Shown here: piece by piece, positions 1 through 9,786 of the stretch
Layout of the letters: each line of letters opens with the position of its first letter
How positions within the stretch are numbered: position 1 is the stretch's first letter
Assembly: GCA_965601925.1 (NCBI GenBank)
Contig: OZ271854.1
Span: 4,576,001-4,640,000 of the forward strand
Direction: 5' to 3'
Source of the DNA: Alkalispirochaeta sp.
GTDB lineage: Bacteria; Spirochaetota; Spirochaetia; DSM-27196; Alkalispirochaetaceae
DNA: 64,000 bases
The notes under the pieces: generated by a model
Told to the model about the DNA's origin: nothing
The model's input: the letters and a program-made list of their open reading frames with translations, nothing else
The model's database searches: none
Program-made: the position numbers and the translations under genes

Positions 1-1196
1 TCGTAACGCCGTTGGAGAGAGTCGAGATTCGTCTCTGCGGTGCGATCCATAACGGCGACCTCAAACCGTCCCTCCTCGTCGAAATACGGGAGGAATACGA
101 CGATGTGCGTGTGTTGTCGCAACATCAGCTCATTGCCGAGACTTCGATTCACACTTCCGAGATACAGTGTGCCCGGTTCGGAGAGGGCGAGCCAGTAAAG
201 CGTTGCGCGCAGTTGCTCCATCGCATAGCCCACATCTTCGCGGTACCGCGCGACCGGCACGGCACGGACGTCCGCGATCTCCGGATCGAGGAGGTGTGAG
301 GCCGTCCCCCGATCGAGGGCTTGCATCTCTCGCGCCACATTACGTGTCCAGTCGAGACCGAAGTACGGATCGCGGTCGTCCTCTCTCGGTGCACTCCACG
401 CCGTGCCGCGATGGTCGAGATGCTTGTATGTGAGCGACTCTTCCGGAAGATACGAACCGGTCCGCGGACCGTAGAGACCGTCGACGATCCATTTGGCGAA
501 TCCTGAACCGTTGAACTCCGGCGCGCTCCCCACGGCGGCGACCATCTCGATAAAGACCGGCGACCCGTCGGCGTCCATTGCGATGTCGGCCAAATCGGGT
601 AAAGCGCGACGAGTCTCCTCGACCATCCGTCGAATCGCCGCGTATCCCGGGTGGTATAGGTCGGGGTCCAGGAGCGACCAGTCGACCACACCCCGTGTCG
701 CCTCCCGGAGGGTTGCGAACGGAACGGTGAGGGCACGCTCCATCGTGATCGGCACCGGCACGTCTCTATAAAGGGGCGCCCACGCCAGAAACAGATCCAT
801 ACGCAGCGTACGGCCCCGCGGACGGAGCCGCACGAAGGAGCCCTCGTGGTGCTGTAAGAAGATCTTAATCTGCTCGAACGCCCCATCCTCGATACGACGA
901 CGAATAATCACCGTGCCGGGGGACACCAGGTCGAATCGATCGCCATCGGAAGCGATAAAAAGATAGTAGCGACTTTCGTTTTGCTCCTCGGTCCGAAAAA
1001 TAACCGGCTCTCTACCGGGCTCTCGGACAAGTTCGCGCACGGCGGCCTCGTAGCGTTCTACCGGAGCGGTCATACGATCGAGCACCGCGGTGCGGGCACG
1101 ACTCGTATCGGGTATGGATAGTGCGCCGGCGGAAGGGGCGGCACACCAGACAACCAGCGCGATTGCGCCGAAAAATCGCCGGGGCCGGTCTTTCAT
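1..1196 (-). CDS. Exported hypothetical protein, spirochaete-conserved type, possible NlpC/P60-like fold; 3' end runs off the window
   Basis: Absent from the ORF track because there is no stop in the window. Manual translation from ATG at 1196 gives MKDRPRRFFGAIALVVWCAAPSAGALS... (signal-peptide-like), open to position 3. Contains EFNGSGFAKWIVDG, DPYFGLDWTRN and RQHTHIVVFLPYFD. Starts 2 nt after the stop of the upstream gene. Confidence 0.75.
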   Translation of the reverse strand, partial: MKDRPRRFFGAIALVVWCAAPSAGALSIPDTSRARTAVLDRMTAPVERYEAAVRELVREPGREPVIFRTEEQNESRYYLFIASDGDRFDLVSPGTVIIRRRIEDGAFEQIKIFLQHHEGSFVRLRPRGRTLRMDLFLAWAPLYRDVPVPITMERALTVPFATLREATRGVVDWSLLDPDLYHPGYAAIRRMVEETRRALPDLADIAMDADGSPVFIEMVAAVGSAPEFNGSGFAKWIVDGLYGPRTGSYLPEESLTYKHLDHRGTAWSAPREDDRDPYFGLDWTRNVAREMQALDRGTASHLLDPEIADVRAVPVARYREDVGYAMEQLRATLYWLALSEPGTLYLGSVNRSLGNELMLRQHTHIVVFLPYFDEEGRFEVAVMDRTAETNLDSLQRRY

Positions 1197-1197
1197 A

Positions 1198-2586
1198 CTA
1201 CTCTCCTCGGAAGGGCGTCCTCCATACGTACGGCAACTCGCACAGCCATCGATCGCCACGCCACGGCGACGGAATCGACGAGCGGCCGACCGAAAAGAGC
1301 GCCGGCTCGATTCGTACCATGTCCCGCAACCACAGATCGTAACGCCACCTCCATTCACCATTGTCGGGCGTTTGCGTGCTCGACTCGAGTGGCGTCGGCC
1401 GGCCGGGGGTTCGCCTCGCAGCGCAGTAGGACCATGCGCCGCAGCCGAGTGCGGCATTCCATACCTCACGCCGGCGACGCGCATCGATCACGCTCATGTC
1501 GATCATCGAGACGGTATGAGCGCGCCGACACACCCCCATTGCGAGACCCACCGGACCGCGGCGCGCCGCGCGCACCATATCCACAGGCGGTGCGACCGGT
1601 GCGTTGGGATCGTCGACGCCCCAAAGGTACAGCACGTGTCCGCGGGTACGACTGAACCACCGTTCGAACTCGGGGTTTTCCGAGAGCGCCGCGAGTAACG
1701 CGAGGCGCGGAGACCACCAGCGGCGGCCGCGCCATTCGAGATGGGGTAAGGGCACCAGGAGCGCCGCGCCGGAGTCGAGCCGGCCGCGAAACGCCCGGGA
1801 GTACGCCCCTATCGCGTCCGACGGAACGGGAATCGCCAGCGGCGTTGCGTCGCGAGTCTCGGCAAGACGGTGTGCGATCAATCGAGCCAGAGCGTCGGCT
1901 ACGGTCCGAGGAGATTCCGTCGCCGAGAGATGCCCGACCACCACGCGAACGAACGACGCGCCGTTCGCCTCGTCGCCGCCGCCGACGGACGGCGTCAGAT
2001 CTGCCGTCCGGGCGCCCCGAAACGACTGCGCGACGGACCGTTCCACCGCCGATCTGACCGTGTCCGAGGTCGGGGGACGCACTAAACCGGTATCGATAAA
2101 CGGTGCGATCGGCAGTGTGCCGTGGAGGAGACGGTCGCGACGTGCCGAACCGTCACGGCCGCTCGCGTCCCGGACGTCACGCGCCGTCGATCGGTGAACT
2201 TCGTCCGCTCCGGGAGCGGTGAGCACCGTAGAGACGCGTCGTGCCTGGAGCAGGAGCGCGACCAACTTACCCCGCAGCGCCTCCAATCGTGCCTTTGCAT
2301 CGGCGCTCACCCCGGAGGCCTCCAACAGAACCGCCTCGCCGGCCGCCGCCGGAGAGAGGCGTCTGTCGACTACGAGATGGCGTATTCTCAGAAGCATGCG
2401 CAACTGCGCCGAGGTCCACACACGCCGGCCCGACTCGTCGCGGCGGGAACGAACCAAGGGGAGCGTTTGTTCCCAATAGCGCAACACGTGCGGTTTTACG
2501 TTGAGAATGCCGAGCACCGTGCGCGCCTCGTAGATACCGAGACCTTCCTCGCGACGTCGCTCCACCCCTCGCCTCCTCCCGGTCAC
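1198..2586 (-). CDS. MerR-family HTH protein fused to a divergent C-terminal domain (UDPGP/UAP-like remnant)
   Basis: N-terminal MerR HTH (LNVKPHVLRYWEQTLPLVRSRRDESGRRVW...LLRIRHLV). Likely GTG start at 2586 overlaps the der stop (GTGA); the ORF-track start at 2790 lies inside der. Confidence 0.75.
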   Translation of the reverse strand: MTGRRRGVERRREEGLGIYEARTVLGILNVKPHVLRYWEQTLPLVRSRRDESGRRVWTSAQLRMLLRIRHLVVDRRLSPAAAGEAVLLEASGVSADAKARLEALRGKLVALLLQARRVSTVLTAPGADEVHRSTARDVRDASGRDGSARRDRLLHGTLPIAPFIDTGLVRPPTSDTVRSAVERSVAQSFRGARTADLTPSVGGGDEANGASFVRVVVGHLSATESPRTVADALARLIAHRLAETRDATPLAIPVPSDAIGAYSRAFRGRLDSGAALLVPLPHLEWRGRRWWSPRLALLAALSENPEFERWFSRTRGHVLYLWGVDDPNAPVAPPVDMVRAARRGPVGLAMGVCRRAHTVSMIDMSVIDARRRREVWNAALGCGAWSYCAARRTPGRPTPLESSTQTPDNGEWRWRYDLWLRDMVRIEPALFSVGRSSIPSPWRGDRWLCELPYVWRTPFRGE

Positions 2587-3995
2587 TCCCGTACGTCGAT
2601 AAAAAACGGAATGTGGTGAAAACCCAACTCGCGACGAATTTGGTTGGAGACGTACCGTAGATAGAACTCGGGGAAACCCTTGCCGCGGTTGACAAAGAGC
2701 ACGAATCGCACCGGATTGGTCCCTACTTGGGTTATGTAACGCAATTTGATCGGGCGCTTTCCCGAAGGCGGCGGTGTCTGGGCGATCCACCGCTGCAACG
2801 CTTGATTGAGCGGGCCGGTATCGATCCGCTTGTGGAGCTCCCCTCGAATATGTAACAGGCGCGTGAGAAGTGCGTCGATTCCCTCACCCGTCTTCGCAGA
2901 AATGGGAAGAATCGGAACGTGCTGAAAGATCGGAAAGAGAAAGTGAATACGATCGGTGAGCGCGTTGAGCTGATTTCCGCGATCGTCCAAGAGATCCCAC
3001 TTATTGAGCGCCACGACCACGCCCCGGCCGCGCTCGGCAAGCCGCGCGGCGATCTTCTTGTCCTGCTCGCTCAACCCCTTTACCGCATCGATCATGAGTA
3101 TCGCAAGCTCCGCCTCATCGATCGCCGTATAGGCCCGTTGGACCGCATAATATTCGATCGCCTCCCGTACATGGGACCGGCGACGAATACCTGCGGTGTC
3201 GATTACGACGAACTCGGTCCCACGAAACGAGAAGCGCGCCTCGACCGTATCGCGAGTCGTACCGGCCAAGTCCGAGACGATCGCGCGCTCCTCACCGACC
3301 AAGCGATTGAGCACGCTCGATTTACCCGTATTGGGTTGTCCGACTATGGCAAGCTTGGCGGCGCGGGCCAACGGGTCCACGCTCGCCTCGACCTCCTCCG
3401 TCTCGACGAGGGCGTCCCCTCCGTCGTCCGCAGAAACGGTCGAGGGGAGCTCACCGTCGCCGGCGAGATCGGTCGATGACGCGTCGTGGGGTCGGTCTGC
3501 GGAGACTGCGGCGTCCATACATTCGCTAATCTGCGACTCGAGCTCGTCGAACCCGAGCCCGTGAGCGGCGGAAACACCGATTACACGATCGATTCCGTAG
3601 CGCCAAAAATCGCCGACGAGTTGCTCTCGTTCGGCGTTATCCACTTTATTAACGACGAGGATCCCCGGTCGGCCGCTCTTACGCACGAGATCTAGGAGTT
3701 CGGTATCCTCGCCGGTGAGCCCGGTTACCTCCACCAGGAGCAATACCAAATCGGCGTTTCGAATCTCCGACCTGCTCCGCTCGTACACGGCGCGTTCCAG
3801 ATCGGCCTCTCCCTCGCCGATGCCGCCGGTATCGACGAGAAGCACCGGGCGATCCCCTATGGTCGAGGTCAAGGCGACTGCGTCGCGCGTCACTCCGGGA
3901 GTGCTGTCGGTAATGGATATACGGCGGCCGTAGATGCGATTAAAGAGTGTGGATTTCCCGACGTTGGGTCTTCCGGCAATACAGATGCGATACAT
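2583..3995 (-). CDS. der: Ribosome biogenesis GTPase Der (EngA)
   Basis: Two tandem G domains (GRPNVGKS/DTGG/NKVD and GQPNTGKS/DTAG/NKWD) and a C-terminal KH-like domain. Confidence 0.97.
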   Translation of the reverse strand: MYRICIAGRPNVGKSTLFNRIYGRRISITDSTPGVTRDAVALTSTIGDRPVLLVDTGGIGEGEADLERAVYERSRSEIRNADLVLLLVEVTGLTGEDTELLDLVRKSGRPGILVVNKVDNAEREQLVGDFWRYGIDRVIGVSAAHGLGFDELESQISECMDAAVSADRPHDASSTDLAGDGELPSTVSADDGGDALVETEEVEASVDPLARAAKLAIVGQPNTGKSSVLNRLVGEERAIVSDLAGTTRDTVEARFSFRGTEFVVIDTAGIRRRSHVREAIEYYAVQRAYTAIDEAELAILMIDAVKGLSEQDKKIAARLAERGRGVVVALNKWDLLDDRGNQLNALTDRIHFLFPIFQHVPILPISAKTGEGIDALLTRLLHIRGELHKRIDTGPLNQALQRWIAQTPPPSGKRPIKLRYITQVGTNPVRFVLFVNRGKGFPEFYLRYVSNQIRRELGFHHIPFFIDVRE

Positions 3996-4024
3996 AGTTA
4001 GTCCGTCCGTGATACTGGATATCG

Positions 4025-5767
4025 TTAATACACCGTCAAGTCAAAGCGTTGCTGCATATGCTCCCGGACCGCTCGGTTAATCTCGTCGGCGCCGCGTAGC
4101 TCCATGACGTCCCCCGCGAGCTCCTCGGCCTCGGACAGCGTCACCGATCGGATGATCCGCTTCACCTCAGGAATACCGACCGCGCCCATACTAAACTCGT
4201 CGAGGCCCAGTCCCAGAAGCACCACCGACGCTAAGGGGTCGCCGGCCATCTCGCCGCACATGGCGACGGATAGCCCCTCGCGATGTGCATTGTCGATGAC
4301 CATCTTAATTAAGCGCAAGACGCCGGGATGAAACGGTTCGTAGAGATACGCGATTTTTTCATTACCGCGATCCACCGCGACGGTATACTGGATGAGATCG
4401 TTGGTACCGATGGAGAAGAAGTCTACCTTTCGGGCCAATATATCGGATGTTAAGGCGGCCGACGGCACCTCGATCATGATACCGATCGGCATGTGCTCGT
4501 CAAAGGATACGCCCTCTTTTCGGAGATCGTCTCGGACCTCATCGGTCACTTCCAGAGCGCGATTGAGCTCCTGAGTACCGGAGATCATCGGGAACATGAC
4601 GCGCAGGGAGCCGTGAACGCTCGCCCTGAATAGTGCGCGCAACTGGGTACGGAAGAGGTGCGGCTCGGACAGGCATACGCGAATCGCCCGCCATCCCAAA
4701 AGCGGATTCTTTTCGTCGCACGCCTCGATACCGGCTCCGATCTTGTCACCGCCGACGTCCAAGGTACGAATCGTGACCGGCCTTTGTCCCATCGCCTCCA
4801 GGACGTACCGATATGCGTGATACTGCTCCTCCTCCGTCGGGAGACGATCGGAACCGAGAAAGAGAAACTCCGATCGAAAGAGACCGATCCCGTCGGCGCC
4901 GTGGCCACCCACACCGTCCACTTCCTCAGGAATTTCTATATTTCCCTTAAGGAGAATGAGCTTGCCGTCTTTGGTCTCCGCGGGCAGATCGTTGAGCTGC
5001 ATGAGCTCGACCTCATGCTCCTGCCACTCGCCCTGCAGCTTGCCGTACCGCGCCAACGTATCGCGATCCGGGTCCACGATGACGACTCCGTGGTTCCCGT
5101 CGACGATAATCTCTTCTCCTCCGCTCACGATCTTACTGATTCGGGAGAGTCCCACGACGGCCGGTATCTCGAAGCTACGGGCGATGATCGCGGTGTGCGA
5201 GGTCTTACCGCCGACATCCATGGCGATCGCGCGAATCACGCGTTTGTTCATCGCCACCGCGTCGGAGGGCATCAGATCGTGCGTTACCAGGACGACCTCT
5301 CGATCGAGGTCCGCAAGGCCGGTGCGATCGCGGTCGAGCAGATGGTTCAGGACGCGCTTGAATACGTCGTGTACATCGGCGGTACGCTCCCGGAGATAGT
5401 CGTCGCTCGACTGGGCGAGCTTATCCATCAACTCGCGCACCGTTTGATGAAGAACCCACTCGATATTCAATAGATCGGCCTCCAAGCGCCGGTGAACGGA
5501 GGCGAAAAACGAGGGGTCGCGCAGCATCAAGAGATGCGTATCCAGAAGGAGCTTCTCGTCTTGCTCAAGCTCATGGTCCGAGCTGTTCTTTATCTCTTCT
5601 ATGTCGGAACACGCGCGTTCTACGGCATCTGAGAGTCGATCCTTCTCCGCCTGTAGAGCATCGGGCAGGATGCCGTACTGCGGCACCTGCGGCGTATCTT
5701 CGCGATACGACAGGACCGTTCCTATGGCGATCCCCGGGGATGCGGCGATTCCTCGCAATTCGATCAT
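4025..5767 (-). CDS. ptsI: PTS enzyme I (PEP-protein phosphotransferase)
   Basis: GIAASPGIAIG, GGKTSHTAI (phospho-His), GIGLFRSEF, RTLDVGGDK, NPLLGWRAIR, FSIGTNDLIQY, MCGEMAG. Start 5767 chosen by family pattern; 5779 and 5797 are possible. Confidence 0.96.
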   Translation of the reverse strand: MIELRGIAASPGIAIGTVLSYREDTPQVPQYGILPDALQAEKDRLSDAVERACSDIEEIKNSSDHELEQDEKLLLDTHLLMLRDPSFFASVHRRLEADLLNIEWVLHQTVRELMDKLAQSSDDYLRERTADVHDVFKRVLNHLLDRDRTGLADLDREVVLVTHDLMPSDAVAMNKRVIRAIAMDVGGKTSHTAIIARSFEIPAVVGLSRISKIVSGGEEIIVDGNHGVVIVDPDRDTLARYGKLQGEWQEHEVELMQLNDLPAETKDGKLILLKGNIEIPEEVDGVGGHGADGIGLFRSEFLFLGSDRLPTEEEQYHAYRYVLEAMGQRPVTIRTLDVGGDKIGAGIEACDEKNPLLGWRAIRVCLSEPHLFRTQLRALFRASVHGSLRVMFPMISGTQELNRALEVTDEVRDDLRKEGVSFDEHMPIGIMIEVPSAALTSDILARKVDFFSIGTNDLIQYTVAVDRGNEKIAYLYEPFHPGVLRLIKMVIDNAHREGLSVAMCGEMAGDPLASVVLLGLGLDEFSMGAVGIPEVKRIIRSVTLSEAEELAGDVMELRGADEINRAVREHMQQRFDLTVY

Positions 5768-5836
5768 TAGTGCAATCATAGATGGTTCATTTCTCAACTG
5801 TCAAACCAAAGAGCGACGAGGCCGATACATGGGAGT

Positions 5837-6631
5837 ATGGGAAAGAACAACCAACGACGGAGGGCCTCCTTCGGCGTTCTCTTCTGGATCGCCGCCATTC
5901 TCCTGATCGCCGTTATCCTCATGTTCAATCTCCCCGCAATACGGGACGTGCTCGATAGAACCGATTTCGTCGAAGTGGTGTTCGAAGAACGCTCGGGCCA
6001 GGGACGCGAAGAGCCTCGAGGTACCGACGAGGTGCCGCAAAACGATCAACGAGATACGACACCACTACCTCAGCCCGTCGATACGTCGAATCGTCCCGAG
6101 GCGTTGCAAGAGCCCGATCGACCCGATGAACTCAGCCTCACGGTTGACGAACCGGAGGTTGTCGCCGTTGCGCCGCCGGAACGAGTTGACGAGGCGCCGA
6201 CGCGAACGATGGCGACGACCCTCTTCTTTATCCGCGTCTCCGACGACGGGCGCATTATCGCAGAATCGGTGGAGCGCACGATCCGCTTCGAGGGCGGACC
6301 TCTTACCGGTACGATGCATGCGTTGATCGCCGGTCCGGACTCGGAGGATCTGAATCGCGGGCTGTTAAGCCTTGTGCCGCGAGAGACCGAGCTCCTCTCG
6401 GCGCGCGTCGCCTCGGGCGTCGCGTTTCTCAACTTCAACGAGGCGTTTCGGTTTAATCCGATGGGACTGGAAGGATATCTGGCTCAAATGCAGCAGATCG
6501 TGCTGACGGCGACGCAGTTCGTCACCGTGGACGCGGTGCAGATTCTGATTAACGGACAGAGCGAGGATTACCTCGGCGGTGACGGCGTTTACATCGGCGA
6601 GCCGCTGCGCCCGTCGGACTTTCGTAACTGA
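5837..6631 (+). CDS. GerMN domain membrane-anchored protein
   Basis: N-terminal TM helix and Pro/Glu-rich linker. C-terminal LIAGP...LSLVPRETELLS...AFLNFN...QIVLTATQF...VQILING is typical of GerMN. Confidence 0.88.
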   Translation: MGKNNQRRRASFGVLFWIAAILLIAVILMFNLPAIRDVLDRTDFVEVVFEERSGQGREEPRGTDEVPQNDQRDTTPLPQPVDTSNRPEALQEPDRPDELSLTVDEPEVVAVAPPERVDEAPTRTMATTLFFIRVSDDGRIIAESVERTIRFEGGPLTGTMHALIAGPDSEDLNRGLLSLVPRETELLSARVASGVAFLNFNEAFRFNPMGLEGYLAQMQQIVLTATQFVTVDAVQILINGQSEDYLGGDGVYIGEPLRPSDFRN

Positions 6632-7401
6632 TCGGCGAGACCGACCAGCAACAAGACCTCTCGATTGCCGGAGCGCCCGAGAACGGGGCTGTCGAGGCTG
6701 CGTAGTACTCGAATCCCGTGGACGTCGGACAATTCATCGAGCACTCGTCCGATCACCGCTCCTCGATTATCGCCGGAGACGACGCCTCCTCCCTCGTCGA
6801 GGGCGTCGTCCGTTCCACTCCCGCTCCAGCGCGCCTCCGCGGCAAGCTCGAACTGCGGTTTGAGCAGCGCGATTCCCCACCCCTCGACGGTGAGCTCTAG
6901 GATGTGGCGCAGCACGCCACGTAGACTCCGAAACGAGAGGTCGCATACCGCTGAAGTCGGCCGCGGTTGCAACGAGTGCAGCTCGAGAATATTAGTTCGC
7001 TCGTGTACGACGACGCGACGGTCGCTACGGAGGCTATAGGCGAGCTGGTTGTACCCGACGTCGACGGCGTGGACCGCCGGAGCGCCGGCCTGCAATAGAC
7101 AGTCGGTAAATCCGCCGGTACTGGCACCGGCATCGAGCCAGACACGCCCGGCGGCGACGATACTCCACGCTTTGAGTGCCGCATTGAGTTTGTCCCCACC
7201 CCGCGAGACGAATCGACGCGTTACCAACTCAACCTCGACCCCGACGGCGACCTGGCGCTTGGGATCGCGCTCGATCCCGCCGTCGACGCGAACTTCAGAA
7301 CATACAACGCGGCGAAAGAGCTCGTCGCGAGAATAGTCGGGAAATCGAACGGTGAGAAGATCGAGAAGCGGTTTTTTGCGCTGCGTACCGCGTCGCCCCA
7401 T
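6589..7401 (-). CDS. tlyA: TlyA-family rRNA 2'-O-methyltransferase
   Basis: S4-like N-terminus, FVSRGGDKL, LDAGASTGGFTDCLLQ, VDVGYNQL, DLSFRSL, LLKPQFE, GNRE. Overlaps the convergent GerMN gene by 43 nt. Confidence 0.95.
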   Translation of the reverse strand: MGRRGTQRKKPLLDLLTVRFPDYSRDELFRRVVCSEVRVDGGIERDPKRQVAVGVEVELVTRRFVSRGGDKLNAALKAWSIVAAGRVWLDAGASTGGFTDCLLQAGAPAVHAVDVGYNQLAYSLRSDRRVVVHERTNILELHSLQPRPTSAVCDLSFRSLRGVLRHILELTVEGWGIALLKPQFELAAEARWSGSGTDDALDEGGGVVSGDNRGAVIGRVLDELSDVHGIRVLRSLDSPVLGRSGNREVLLLVGLADQLRKSDGRSGSPM

Positions 7402-7412
7402 TGAGCCGGCGG

Positions 7413-8195
7413 CTACACCAAGGAGCGGAACCGTATCCGCTCGACGTGAGTCGCCGCGCGTTCCGACCCGCCGGTCTCGACGAGCAACCCGTGAAGGGTC
7501 GCGGCACCGCCGGCAACCTCATTGCGCAGGGGAAGCTGCGTCATTGCGCGCCGGACGCTGATCGTGGGATCGAAGCCGATGACACTCAGCTCCGGCCCAC
7601 ACGCACCGACGTCGGTGATCGCCGCGGTTCCGCCCGGAAGGATGCGCTCGTCGGCGGTCTGAACGTGCGTATGCGTGCCGTACACGACCGTGACGTCCCC
7701 GTCGACGTAATGGGCGAACGCCTCCTTCTCTTCGGTCGACTCTGCGTGAAAATCCACAATCACCGCATCGGCCTGGCCCTTTATACGCTTGAGAATCTCC
7801 CGTACACGCCTGAAGGGACAGTCGATCGCCGGAAGACGATCGCGGCCCTGCAAGTTGATGACGGCTACCCGACCCTGCTTTCCTTCGTGGATGTACAGGC
7901 CGCTACCCGGGGCATCGCCGGGATAGTTGTCGGGACGCAGTACGCGTTCGTTGCCGTTCAGAAGATCGGCGATGTCGTCATGGTGCCATACGTGGTTTCC
8001 GGTCGTCACGACGTCGGCGCCCGCCTTGAGCAACTGCTCAGCGAGAGCCGGGCCGATACCGAATCCGTCGTCGGCATTCTCTCCGTTTACGACGACGAAG
8101 TCGGCACGGTGTTTGCGCACCAGACCTTTGAGGGCGCTTACCACCGCACGCATGCCCGGTTGTCCGATGACGTCGCCGAGTATCAAGATTCGCAT
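7413..8195 (-). CDS. ymdB: YmdB/TIGR00282-family metallophosphoesterase
   Basis: GDVIG, NGEN, TTGNH, DFHAESTEEK, GTHTHVQTAD motifs; lies directly downstream of rny. Confidence 0.93.
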   Translation of the reverse strand: MRILILGDVIGQPGMRAVVSALKGLVRKHRADFVVVNGENADDGFGIGPALAEQLLKAGADVVTTGNHVWHHDDIADLLNGNERVLRPDNYPGDAPGSGLYIHEGKQGRVAVINLQGRDRLPAIDCPFRRVREILKRIKGQADAVIVDFHAESTEEKEAFAHYVDGDVTVVYGTHTHVQTADERILPGGTAAITDVGACGPELSVIGFDPTISVRRAMTQLPLRNEVAGGAATLHGLLVETGGSERAATHVERIRFRSLV

Positions 8196-8199
8196 AGCA

Positions 8200-9729
8200 T
8201 TACCTGGCGTACTCCACGATCCGCGTCTCGCGAATCATCGTCACCTTGATCCGACCGGGATACCGCAGTTGATCTTCGATCTTGCGGGCGATCTGCTTGG
8301 CGATATCGCGCGCCTGGAGATCATTCACACGCTCATGGTTGACCATGATGCGTAACTCGCGCCCCGCCTGAATCGCGTACGCCTTGTCGACGCCGTCGAA
8401 CTCCTCGGCGATCGCCTCGAGATTCTCAAGACGCTTGATGTAATTGTCGAGCGTTTCGCGACGCGCCCCCGGTCTGGAGGCGGAAATCGCGTCGGCGACC
8501 TGCACGATTACCGACTCGATGCAATTGTGCGGTACGTCGCCGTGGTGGGCGGCGATGCAATTGACGACGCGCGGGTCTTCGCCGATGCGTTTGGCGAGTT
8601 CGACGCCGAGCTCCACGTGGTTGCTGTCGCCGTCGGTCTCGATTCCCTTGCCGATATCGTGGAGTATCCCGCCCCGCTTGGCGATCTCGACATCCGCGCC
8701 GACCTCGGCGGCGAGGGTCCCGGAGAGCACCGCGACCTCTTTACTGTGGGCCAACACGTTCTGTCCGTAGCTCGTCCGGAAGGAGAGGCGCCCCAAGCCG
8801 CGTACGCCCTCGGGTTTGAGGTGGTGCATGTTCAGCTCGTAGAGAACGCGTTCGCCCTCTTCGTAGATCGTCTGGGTCATGTCGGTGGTGACCTTCTGCA
8901 CCACCTCCTCGATGCGCGTGGGGTGAATTCGCCCATCGGAGACCAGCCGCTCGAGCGAGCGTTTGGCAATCTCCTTGCGCACCGGATCGAAGCACGATAC
9001 GACGACCGCCTCCGGTGTGTCGTCGATGATGATATCGACGCCGGTGAGCGTTTCCAGAGTACGAATGTTGCGCCCCTCGCGACCGATGATACGCCCCTTC
9101 ATCTCGTCGTTTGGCAGACTCACCGACGAGACGGTGACTTCCGCGTTGACCTCGCTGGCCAGTCGTTGCACGGTGGAGATGAGAATCTCCCGAGCGTTCT
9201 TCTCCGCGGTGACCATCGCTTCCTGCTCGATTTTATGGACGAGACCCTGCGCATCGTGGCGCGTCTCGTCCTCGAGAGAACTCATGATCAACTTTCGGGC
9301 TTCTTCTTGCGTAAGGCCGGAGATGCGCTCCATTTCATTGCGCCAATGGATCTCCAACTCATCTAACTGCTTGTTTCTATCTTCTATGTTCCTCTCACGG
9401 GTAGCCAGGCCCTGCTGCTCCTCTCCGATAGCCGCGGCCTTTTCTTCTAGGTTCTCTTCTTTCTGTAATAGCCGTCGTTCCTGACGCTGCAACTCCCGTT
9501 GCCGTTCCCGGAACTCTCGCTCTTGTTCATTTCGCTCGCGTTGAAGCGCGTCTCTTGTCTCTAGTATCAGCTCTTTCTGTCGCGCCTCGGCGTCTTTCTC
9601 CGCGTCCCTCTGTAGACGCTCGGCGAGTTGCTCCGTCGAGGAGAGCTGAAACTTGGCATACAGCCAGCGTATCGTCCAACCTAGAATGACACCAGCGAGA
9701 GGAAGGGTTCCGTACAACACCAGCTGCAT
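8200..9729 (-). CDS. rny: Ribonuclease Y
   Basis: N-terminal TM, coiled coil, KH domain (KGRIIGREGRNIR), HD domain (LHDIGK), ADAISASRPGARRE. Confidence 0.98.
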   Translation of the reverse strand: MQLVLYGTLPLAGVILGWTIRWLYAKFQLSSTEQLAERLQRDAEKDAEARQKELILETRDALQRERNEQEREFRERQRELQRQERRLLQKEENLEEKAAAIGEEQQGLATRERNIEDRNKQLDELEIHWRNEMERISGLTQEEARKLIMSSLEDETRHDAQGLVHKIEQEAMVTAEKNAREILISTVQRLASEVNAEVTVSSVSLPNDEMKGRIIGREGRNIRTLETLTGVDIIIDDTPEAVVVSCFDPVRKEIAKRSLERLVSDGRIHPTRIEEVVQKVTTDMTQTIYEEGERVLYELNMHHLKPEGVRGLGRLSFRTSYGQNVLAHSKEVAVLSGTLAAEVGADVEIAKRGGILHDIGKGIETDGDSNHVELGVELAKRIGEDPRVVNCIAAHHGDVPHNCIESVIVQVADAISASRPGARRETLDNYIKRLENLEAIAEEFDGVDKAYAIQAGRELRIMVNHERVNDLQARDIAKQIARKIEDQLRYPGRIKVTMIRETRIVEYAR

Positions 9730-9786
9730 AACCTTCCTCCCCTACGTATCGTAATACGCTACCCTATAGTGGGTTATGAGCGCTTG

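Noticed and set aside
149..886. 245-aa Arg/Ser-rich minus-strand ORF in the track
   Set aside because: Wrong frame. The real gene is the longer frame starting at 1196 that runs off the window.
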